Positions 18,302 to 26,228 of a stretch of DNA of 64,000 bases are shown here, piece by piece. A model generated the notes under the pieces. That model ran no database searches. It had not been told where the DNA came from and was given only the letters and a program-made list of their open reading frames with translations. The first letter of the stretch is position 1, and each line of letters starts with the position of its first letter. The position numbers and the translations under genes are program-made. Location of the stretch: contig CAZQSD010000002.1 in assembly GCA_964595885.1 (NCBI GenBank), positions 16,036 to 80,035 of the forward strand, given 5' to 3'. Origin of the DNA: an uncultured Sangeribacter sp. (GTDB lineage Bacteria; Bacteroidota; Bacteroidia; Bacteroidales; Muribaculaceae).

Positions 18302-18823
18302 ATGAGCTACGGAAAAGAATTTGAATTGTATTTCAAACGTTATTACACCCCTATTGGTATGTACGTTATGCGTATATGTGGTAATCCATCTGATGCTGAG
18401 GATATTGTGCAGGAAACTTTTTCTATAGCATGGCAAAAATTTGAGGGGGAGAAACTACCGACACAATTCAGATCCTATCTTTACCGGATGGCCCATAACC
18501 TTACTATCGATCGCTTACGTCGACAACGTCCCGAGAATGACAGCATTTCTATAGAGGAGGTGAATGATGCCGAACCCACAGAAGAGGCGATTGACACTTC
18601 AGAGCGTGACGCCCGACTTTGGCTTGCTATAAGTAAACTGCCACAACGCTGCAAGGACGTTTTTCTCATGAGCAAGCGAGACGGCCTGTCAAATAGGGAA
18701 ATAGCAGAGGAATTGGGAATATCGGTAAAAACAGTTGAGAATCAGATGACAAAAGCTTTCAAATTACTTCGTGATGAACTTGAACCATCTAAGGGAAAAG
18801 TCTTTTTCCTTCCTTTCCTATAA
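18302..18823 (+). CDS. ECF-type RNA polymerase sigma-70 factor
   Basis: Region 2 (DAEDIVQETFSIAWQKF…YLYRMAHNLTIDRLRR) and region 4 (LSNREIAEELGISVKTVENQMTKAFKLLR). Confidence 0.9.
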   Translation: MSYGKEFELYFKRYYTPIGMYVMRICGNPSDAEDIVQETFSIAWQKFEGEKLPTQFRSYLYRMAHNLTIDRLRRQRPENDSISIEEVNDAEPTEEAIDTSERDARLWLAISKLPQRCKDVFLMSKRDGLSNREIAEELGISVKTVENQMTKAFKLLRDELEPSKGKVFFLPFL

Positions 18824-18903
18824 ATTCTTACAAAAATATTCATTTCCGCATAGGGGTTTCTTAAGTTTTACCCGTCATAGGTTCAGAAATAAATAAATCC
18901 ATT

Positions 18904-19398
18904 ATGTCTGAACAAATCAAAAAAGAAGACAATCTCGATTTTGTTGTCAGCCATTTCCGCGATGGCTACCTCCTGCCTGTATCTGGCTGGCGAAGATTCA
19001 TAATGACCCATCGTCAGTCAAGATCATGGCGCAAGTTAGCGGCTGCCTCCATTGCAGGAGTTGTCTTGATAGCATCTGCATCAATACTCTATTTCGAAAT
19101 CTCTACCCCATCCCCAGATCAGCCTGTTGACGAATCGCTTACAGTACCTGCTGAGAACATCATCTCAATTTCAGAAAACAAGGTGGGTAGAATCGAGTTT
19201 CATGACGCGCCTTTGAAAGAGGTCACGGCAGAGATTGAACGTGTTTATGGAGTTAAAATCTCCAATCTTCCTAAAGAGGAGCTCCTTCTTACAATCTCTT
19301 ATGAGGGCACAGCCGATGATGTTATAGAGACAATCAATGAACTGATGAACATTAATCTGAAAATTGAATCTCGGGAAGATTTATCTGTAGAACCATGA
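18904..19398 (+). CDS. Minimal FecR-like anti-sigma factor (TM helix plus DUF4974-like C-terminal domain only)
   Basis: 164 aa. One TM helix (LAAASIAGVVLIASASILYF). C-terminal IEFHDAPLKEVTAEIERVYGVKI…TISYEGTADDVIETINELMNINL resembles the FecR C-terminal (DUF4974) domain. Its stop overlaps the TBDR start (ATGA). Confidence 0.7.
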   Translation: MSEQIKKEDNLDFVVSHFRDGYLLPVSGWRRFIMTHRQSRSWRKLAAASIAGVVLIASASILYFEISTPSPDQPVDESLTVPAENIISISENKVGRIEFHDAPLKEVTAEIERVYGVKISNLPKEELLLTISYEGTADDVIETINELMNINLKIESREDLSVEP

Positions 19399-22019
19399 AA
19401 AGGAAATTAATAACAATAGCCGCCTTAACAACATTAGTTTCTCTAAGCCTTTATTCCCAAAACGTAACTCTTACGGCACATAACCGGAGTGCAGAGAGTG
19501 TGTTTTCTGAAATCCTCCGGCAGACGGGCAAAAATTTCATATATCCTTCCGGTCTTCTCAAGGGATTGACAGTAAATATAAACGCAAATGCCACCCCACT
19601 GCCGGAAGTGCTCGACGACATGTTTAGGAATACCGGCATAACCTATAAGATAAAAGGAAACAACGTCACCCTTTTGCGTGCGAAAGTGAAAAATAGTCCA
19701 CGCCATACGATAAGCGGCTTCGTGAAGGAAGAAGGAAATGGAGAAGCATTGGTCGGAGCCTCTGTCTATGATGTGAAATCCGGGAAAGGGACCACTACTA
19801 ATGCCAATGGCTTCTATTCTCTTACCCTACCTGATGGCGAAGTAAACCTGAAAATTCAATATGTCGGATTTGACCCTTATTCAACAGGAAATTTTGTTCT
19901 TGCAACCAACAAAAGTATTAATGTTGCCTTAGCTGCACCCCATGAATTGGAAGAAGTGGTCGTTAATGCCACTGTCAATAATACAAAGGCCATGGAAAGC
20001 ACAGAAATCGGAAGTCTTAACCTCACCAGTCAAGCAATTAAAGCAACTCCGGTGATATTTGGAGAGAGCGATGTTGTAAAGACTTTACAGTTGGAGCCCG
20101 GAGTGTCGGCTGGAATTGAAGGGATGGCAGGAATGTATGTGCATGGAGGTGACAGTGATGAAAATCTTTACATGCTTGACAACATACCCCTCTATCAGGT
20201 AAACCACTTCGGTGGACTCTTCTCGGCATTCAACGTGGAGGCCTTGCGTAATGTTGATTTCTACAAGACCTCTTTCCCTGCAAAATATGACGGCAGACTT
20301 TCTTCTTTTATGGATGTTCACACCAAAGATGGCTCACCTACAAAACACAACGGAAGTTTTCGATTAGGACTTACCTCATGTGCATTTGACATAAACGGAC
20401 CTATCCGTAATGAGCGCACCACTTATTCTTTAGCCTTACGCCGATCTTGGTATGATGTTCTGACAATTCCTGCACTCGCTGTAGCAAATAAGCTTTCCGA
20501 ATCAACTAAGACAAGCTTCAGATATGCTTTTACCGACATTAATGCGAAAATCAACCATAAGTTTTCCGACAAATCAAGCGCATATCTAATGTTTTACTAT
20601 GGAGAGGATTATCTAAAATCTGGGGTAAAAGACAATTGGTACGATGAGTCATATAGTGATAAACGTGCTCGGTTAATATGGGGAAATATCGTTGCATCTG
20701 CAGGATGGAAATATATTTTCTCTCCAAAGTTATATGGTGAAGTGACCGGGGCCTTCTCACGCTTTTTTTCTTCTCTCAGAAATTCTAATGAAAGCGGGGA
20801 ATATGATGGTGATGAGTCTATAACTTTCTCATGTAACACCTACAAGCATCAGAATAATATCAACGATATCATTACACGTGGCGACTTTAACTGGATTCCT
20901 ACACCTGATAATAAAATGGATTTCGGAATGTCATATATCCATCATTCCTTCCTCCCTTCAAAGGGTGTGCACTCCCTTACTAAAGACGAGGAATTAACCA
21001 CCATGTATGATGATGTGCCAACCTATAGGGCTGACGAAATGAACTTCTACATTTCTGATGATTTATCCATCGGAAACGAAGTGAGAATTAATGCCGGATT
21101 ACACTATAGTCTTTTTCATATTGAAAAAAAGACCTATTCAGGTCTCTCCCCCCGGCTCTCTCTCAGAATCACCCCTAAGAATAATTTTGCTGTCAAGGCT
21201 GCCTATTCCCGCTCCGTCCAGTATGTTCACCAACTTGCAGAAAGCAGCATATCGCTCCCCACTGATCAATGGATACCGATTACAGGAAATCAGAGACCCC
21301 AGTCGGCAGATAAATTGGCATTAGGTCTCTATTGGACAACCACAGACCATCAATATACATTCTCAATGGAAGGTTACTATAAGTGGATGCACAATCTGCT
21401 TGACTATACTGACGATTATTATCTTGTTTTACCCTCGGAGAGCTGGATCTCAAAAATGAGCATAGGAAAAGGGAAATCGCGAGGCATTGATTTTAAAGTA
21501 ACTAAGGATTTTGGGAAAATAACAGGTCATTTATCTTACTCGCTTCTGTGGGCTGATCGAAAATTTCCTGAAAAGAATCATGGGGAATGGTTCCCGGCAC
21601 GATTTGACAACCGACATAAGATCAACATAAACATCAACTGGAAAATCAATTCAAAATGGGAAGTCGGTGCGACATGGACAGGAATGAGTGGTAACCGCAT
21701 TACCCTCCCATTGCAATGCTGGAGTGACCCGGAACTTGGTCCCTGGCATTTCGATATGAACTACTACGACAAGACCAATAATTACCGTCTCCCCTTCTAT
21801 CATCGTCTTGATCTATCCGCCACACGCAAAACGAAGCATGGATATTGGACCTTCAGCCTCTATAATGCTTATTGTTATATGAACGTAATAGCCGTTCGTC
21901 GTGATATAAGCGATAGTCATAAGGTGGATCAATGGGGCAATCTGGTGTATGACAATGTATTCCAGCACGTCCGAGCTATCCCCGCGATCCCTTCTGTGTC
22001 TTACACATGGTTATTCTAA
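19395..22019 (+). CDS. TonB-dependent receptor/transducer (STN signalling domain, CarboxypepD_reg-like domain, plug and barrel)
   Basis: N-terminal STN-like segment (AESVFSEILRQTGKNFIYPSGLLKGLTVNINANATPLPEVLDDMFRNTGITYKIKGNNVTLL). CarboxypepD_reg-like segment (ISGFVKEEGNGEALVGASVYDVKSGKGTTTNANGFYSL). Plug (DVVKTLQLEPGVS). Terminal IPSVSYTWLF. Confidence 0.85.
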   Translation: MKRKLITIAALTTLVSLSLYSQNVTLTAHNRSAESVFSEILRQTGKNFIYPSGLLKGLTVNINANATPLPEVLDDMFRNTGITYKIKGNNVTLLRAKVKNSPRHTISGFVKEEGNGEALVGASVYDVKSGKGTTTNANGFYSLTLPDGEVNLKIQYVGFDPYSTGNFVLATNKSINVALAAPHELEEVVVNATVNNTKAMESTEIGSLNLTSQAIKATPVIFGESDVVKTLQLEPGVSAGIEGMAGMYVHGGDSDENLYMLDNIPLYQVNHFGGLFSAFNVEALRNVDFYKTSFPAKYDGRLSSFMDVHTKDGSPTKHNGSFRLGLTSCAFDINGPIRNERTTYSLALRRSWYDVLTIPALAVANKLSESTKTSFRYAFTDINAKINHKFSDKSSAYLMFYYGEDYLKSGVKDNWYDESYSDKRARLIWGNIVASAGWKYIFSPKLYGEVTGAFSRFFSSLRNSNESGEYDGDESITFSCNTYKHQNNINDIITRGDFNWIPTPDNKMDFGMSYIHHSFLPSKGVHSLTKDEELTTMYDDVPTYRADEMNFYISDDLSIGNEVRINAGLHYSLFHIEKKTYSGLSPRLSLRITPKNNFAVKAAYSRSVQYVHQLAESSISLPTDQWIPITGNQRPQSADKLALGLYWTTTDHQYTFSMEGYYKWMHNLLDYTDDYYLVLPSESWISKMSIGKGKSRGIDFKVTKDFGKITGHLSYSLLWADRKFPEKNHGEWFPARFDNRHKINININWKINSKWEVGATWTGMSGNRITLPLQCWSDPELGPWHFDMNYYDKTNNYRLPFYHRLDLSATRKTKHGYWTFSLYNAYCYMNVIAVRRDISDSHKVDQWGNLVYDNVFQHVRAIPAIPSVSYTWLF

Positions 22020-22046
22020 CTCCAATTTTTTAAGAAATTATTACAT

Positions 22047-23111
22047 ATGCATACTCTAAACAAATTTTCAACAAGCATAATTCCGATACTCATTGCCCTT
22101 ATGCTGACAGGCTGTTACACTGATTTTGAACCCAACATCAAAAGTACACCCGTAGTGTGTCTGAACTCACGAATAACAGCAGGTGAAATAATAAAGGCTG
22201 AAGTGACACGTACATGGAGATATTCAGAGGGAAATCCTGTTGACAGAGATTTTGATATTTTTCTCAAAGAGGCTGAAGTTGAGTTATATGTCAATGATCG
22301 GTATAAAGAAAATCTGACATTGACCTCCGAAACTAACATGTTTAATGAAACAGATTACTATTTTATCAGTAAGTTTGTTCCAACAGTGGGAGATGTAATA
22401 AGATTACATGTTTTAGATAAAGAATTTGGAGAGGCTGAGGCTGAAGTGAAGGTGCCTTACCCGGTGGATATTGACGATGTTGATGTAAGGATAACCCGGA
22501 ATAATTCCTTCTATGATGAAGAAAACGAATTCTATGAATCTCATTTTGACTTAGTTGTCAATGTAGGTTTCAAGGATCCAGCAAATGATGTCAACTTCTA
22601 TGTCTTTAATCTTTATTCCCATAATGTGGGAGGCTATTTTGACGAGGACAATATTTACCACAATCCACTTCCCGAAGTCCTTCTCCTACATCCTGATTAT
22701 AGCCACGAACCTTTGTTTTCTGAACATATCACACCTATTGAAACAGTGATTTCGGATGGCTACGGTATCTATACCGTGTTTTCTGACCGGCAGATTTCAG
22801 GTAAACAGTATAATTTGGTAGTACCTGCTTCAGGTAGCTATGATTGGAACAACTTTGAACACACCGATTTAGGCCATCGCTGTGAGCTATGTGTCCAACT
22901 CGCTCATATTTCACCCAGCTATTATAACTATATGTTGTCGCTGTGGGCAGCTACGGAAGGAGTGAGCGGAGCGTTAGGCGATGTTGGATTAGGGGATGCG
23001 GTTTTTGAGTTCAGTAATGTCTCGACAGGTGCCGGAATAGTGACTGCAAGGGCGTTATCTACTGTGAAGCTTAACTTTTATGACCTGCTTATCCAATCTG
23101 GTAAGGAATAG
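22047..23111 (+). CDS. DUF4249-like outer-membrane lipoprotein
   Basis: Lipoprotein signal (LMLTGC). 354 aa. Lies 27 nt downstream of the TBDR, in the same arrangement as 12220/11407. Confidence 0.7.
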   Translation: MHTLNKFSTSIIPILIALMLTGCYTDFEPNIKSTPVVCLNSRITAGEIIKAEVTRTWRYSEGNPVDRDFDIFLKEAEVELYVNDRYKENLTLTSETNMFNETDYYFISKFVPTVGDVIRLHVLDKEFGEAEAEVKVPYPVDIDDVDVRITRNNSFYDEENEFYESHFDLVVNVGFKDPANDVNFYVFNLYSHNVGGYFDEDNIYHNPLPEVLLLHPDYSHEPLFSEHITPIETVISDGYGIYTVFSDRQISGKQYNLVVPASGSYDWNNFEHTDLGHRCELCVQLAHISPSYYNYMLSLWAATEGVSGALGDVGLGDAVFEFSNVSTGAGIVTARALSTVKLNFYDLLIQSGKE

Positions 23112-23217
23112 AAATGGTGAAATTCCTCCATTTTAGTATGTTTAAGCTCATATATACCCGATGTGTTATCAGTGCTACTATTGAAAAGTTTTCGGTTTGC
23201 CATTTGATTTAGTCAGG

Positions 23218-23251
23218 AAGAAGGGTATGCCAAGTATGGCATACCCTTCTT
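23218..23251 (+). terminator. Hairpin after the second DUF4249 gene
   Basis: AAGAAGGGTATGCCA (23218-23232) pairs with TGGCATACCCTTCTT (23237-23251), a 15-bp perfect stem with a 4-nt loop. The U-tract is weak. Confidence 0.6.
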
Positions 23252-23474
23252 AATTAAGCCGCTTCATACACCAGAGGGGGGTGAGATTAAAGGAAAATAT
23301 AGATAGCATTCCGTTTTCTAACTAAATAATCTTTTTACTTATCTTTCATTATTTTTTAACATTTTGCCGCAAACCAAAGTAATAGTATAGACGTTTTAAT
23401 GGCATAAAGAGAGGATTAGTTCCACATGGACCTATTCTCCATTAATAATCATCCCTTAATTATTAGATTGCACT

Positions 23475-24029
23475 ATGAAAACAAACGAAAACACCGACAA
23501 CACCTATTTGGATTCGATAGATGATCTGTCAATTGAACACGAAGCCCTGCGTAATGAAATCGCACATGAGGCATTAGAAGAAAAGCATGCCAATGAGGCT
23601 GTAAAAGGAGTAGCATGGCTGTTTGGTATTGTAGCAGTGTTTGCTCTTGCAATACTTATCACATGGATTATTGGAAGCCAATCTCCCTTCCTGGATTTAA
23701 GTATAGAGCGTCAGGCAGCCACACTTGCACATCAACAGCCTCTGAGAGGTCAAGTATCAAAAATTCCTGAAAAGACCACTGCCCAATTTATGGCTATCCT
23801 TGTCCCGAACAATGGCACCCAGACTCCAAACACCAAAACAGCAGAGGCTACAACTGAGACCACTGCAAACTCCTCATCAACTGCAATGTCACAAGCTGAT
23901 CTTGACCGCATTGAGAGAGAAGCTCGCGAAGTTATTCACGGAGATTTTGGAGTTAATCCCGGCAGAAAAGCAAAACTTGGAGCTGATTATGCAGCAGTCC
24001 AGGCAAGAGTAAACGAAATCCTACATTAA
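23475..24029 (+). CDS. Membrane-anchored hypothetical protein with a C-terminal CW_7 (Cpl-7-type) like peptidoglycan-binding repeat
   Basis: Acidic N-terminus, one TM helix (VAWLFGIVAVFALAILITWII), a T/A/N-rich linker, and a C-terminal AREVIHGDFGVNPGRKAKLGADYAAVQARVNEIL. Confidence 0.6.
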   Translation: MKTNENTDNTYLDSIDDLSIEHEALRNEIAHEALEEKHANEAVKGVAWLFGIVAVFALAILITWIIGSQSPFLDLSIERQAATLAHQQPLRGQVSKIPEKTTAQFMAILVPNNGTQTPNTKTAEATTETTANSSSTAMSQADLDRIEREAREVIHGDFGVNPGRKAKLGADYAAVQARVNEILH

Positions 24030-24048
24030 TTATTTATTAAATTCATAA

Positions 24049-24087
24049 GGGGGAGGCCTGATCAATCAGACCTCCCCCTCTTTTTTG
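24049..24087. terminator. Bidirectional terminator between the convergent CW_7-like and Spy-like genes
   Basis: GGGGGAGG (24049-24056) pairs with CCTCCCCC (24071-24078); the stem extends with one mismatch. Followed by TCTTTTTTG. Confidence 0.7.
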
Positions 24088-24128
24088 AAAAGATATTTGG
24101 GAATAATGGTTGTTATCTTTTCTCATTT

Positions 24129-24686
24129 TTAATCTGTGGTTATCTCTTTTTTCTCAGCCTGAGTGCTACGCATATCTTTCATGCGGTGCACTCCGCGATC
24201 AACCGGTTTCCCACCACGCTCCATCATGCCACCATTGAAACCCGGTTCCTGAAGAATGAAGAAATTCTCAAGAAACATCACATACTGCTCGGGAGAAAGA
24301 ATTTCCTTTACCTGAACCAGATAATCCTTCCGGACCGCCTGCTGCTGCGCACCGCGAGCCTCACGCATCTGCTTCATCTCTTCCGGAGATTTCCTTTCTC
24401 CTTTTTTATCTTTGTTGCCATCTTTAGAATCCGCCTTCTTAGCTTTTACAGCGAGGGGATTTGCCTCTTGAATAGCTGCAATTTTCAATTTTTGCTCATC
24501 GGTGAGATTTAATCCTTCGAATGCCTTCTCGTTTACATTCATACCACCATGACGACCGAAACCCCTCTTCTCATCCATCCTTTCTTTGGTTACTTTCTGA
24601 GCACGCTCTGCCTGAGGAGTGGTTTGAGCAAACATTGTGATGGAAGAGGCGGAGAGAAACACGAGGCTTAAAATTACTTTTTTCAT
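24129..24686 (-). CDS. Periplasmic Spy/CpxP-family (LTxxQ motif) stress protein
   Basis: Start chosen at MKKVILSLVFLSASSITMFAQ. Contains LTDEQKLKIAAIQ and LSPEQYVMFLE motifs in a highly charged helical sequence. Confidence 0.7.
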   Translation of the reverse strand: MKKVILSLVFLSASSITMFAQTTPQAERAQKVTKERMDEKRGFGRHGGMNVNEKAFEGLNLTDEQKLKIAAIQEANPLAVKAKKADSKDGNKDKKGERKSPEEMKQMREARGAQQQAVRKDYLVQVKEILSPEQYVMFLENFFILQEPGFNGGMMERGGKPVDRGVHRMKDMRSTQAEKKEITTD

Positions 24687-24859
24687 TATATAAATTTTTA
24701 GTTTATATTCTGTTGTATTAATCATTTTGATTACGTTATTAGGACTCTTAAAACTATTATGAGTTTAATCTGTCATTCAATTTTAAATTTCATTAACCAA
24801 ATTGTTATTTTAATTTGGAAAGGTATTAGCTCTTTTTATTACTGCTAATCCATTTATAA

Positions 24860-26026
24860 TCACATGTTTAATTGAAGAATAACTTGATCTGCCACCATTA
24901 TTCCGCAATGCGTGAGGGAAAGACGTCCCGATTCTATTTTAATTAATCCTTTTTCATGTAAAGAGCTCGCATTTGCCATTAGATGATGAAAACGCTCTTC
25001 TCCAAAATCTCTGTGGAATTCCTCAATATCCATTCCCTCCATAACACGCATGCGAGTAAGGATCCTTTCCTCAATAAGTTCCTCATCAGATAGTGACTCC
25101 TCTGTATAAAAGTAATTCACCGGCTGACAATTAACCTTATTATTTATTTTAGCTGAAGAAAAGCTTGCAATATAGTCAGCAAGCTTACATGGATTGGCAC
25201 GTCGTGTTTTATTCCCATCATAAGAATGCGCTGAAGGACCTATACCTAAATATGGCTGTCCACTCCAATAACGGCTGTTATGTTTTGAGCGGTAACCGGA
25301 CAGACAATAGTTTGAAATCTCATATTGCTCATAACCAGCCCTCCCTAACTCTCTTGACAAAAATTGCCACATTACATCACACTCATCATCATCCGGCAAA
25401 GTTATTCTCCCTGTATTATGCAACACAGTCAACGGTGTGCCCTCTTCAAGCATAAGAGAATAAGCCGAAATGTGCTCCGGATGTAGTTCAAGTGTCTTCT
25501 CAACAGTGTTTCTCCATGTATCAAATGTCTGTCCTGGTAAACCAAACATTAGATCAAGACTTATATTAGAATAAAAACTCCTTAATATATTATAAGACTT
25601 TAGGGCAATCTCAGATGTATGCCTACGTCTGATTTTTTTCAATTCTTCATCATTAAGACTTTGTATGCCCATGCTCACACGATTTACACCCATTCTTCTC
25701 CACAGGCGGCACTTCTCCTCTGTCACATCATCCGGATTAACTTCTAAGGTAAATTCATTCCAATCACACGTTCTGCCGGTAATAGCCTGAATATTGATTA
25801 TAAGGTTCTCAAACTCCAAAGCCGGTATGAGAGAAGGTGTGCCACCGCCTATATACAAGGTGTCAGGACAAACTGGCAATTCCTCAATTCTCTCCTTAAG
25901 CTCATTTGTCAAAGCGCTTAGGTAGCCTTTCCAATCGGCTTTTCCAGCTCCTCCGCTAAAAAAATCACAATAAATACATTTACTTGCACAATAAGGTATA
26001 TGGACATATAACGAGCATTCTTTCAT
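24860..26026 (-). CDS. hemW: Radical SAM heme chaperone HemW (HemN-like, oxygen-independent coproporphyrinogen oxidase family)
   Basis: YVHIPYCASKCIYCDF CxxxCxxC radical-SAM motif, a GGGTPS motif and a HemN C-terminal domain. Confidence 0.85.
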   Translation of the reverse strand: MKECSLYVHIPYCASKCIYCDFFSGGAGKADWKGYLSALTNELKERIEELPVCPDTLYIGGGTPSLIPALEFENLIINIQAITGRTCDWNEFTLEVNPDDVTEEKCRLWRRMGVNRVSMGIQSLNDEELKKIRRRHTSEIALKSYNILRSFYSNISLDLMFGLPGQTFDTWRNTVEKTLELHPEHISAYSLMLEEGTPLTVLHNTGRITLPDDDECDVMWQFLSRELGRAGYEQYEISNYCLSGYRSKHNSRYWSGQPYLGIGPSAHSYDGNKTRRANPCKLADYIASFSSAKINNKVNCQPVNYFYTEESLSDEELIEERILTRMRVMEGMDIEEFHRDFGEERFHHLMANASSLHEKGLIKIESGRLSLTHCGIMVADQVILQLNM

Positions 26027-26228
26027 ATTGAATAAGTGAGAGTTATAAATTATATTCGGGATTTTAGATCAATAAATCCGCCTGCGAAGTTAATAAAAAA
26101 ACTGGAAATATGTTGTTTAACATATAAAAATAGCATCATTCATTAAGAAAATTTTGCTAAATTGCGTCGCTTTTTAATCGGAACATTTGAAAAGCGCGTT
26201 TTCGATAACATTTAAAATCGTATACGTA

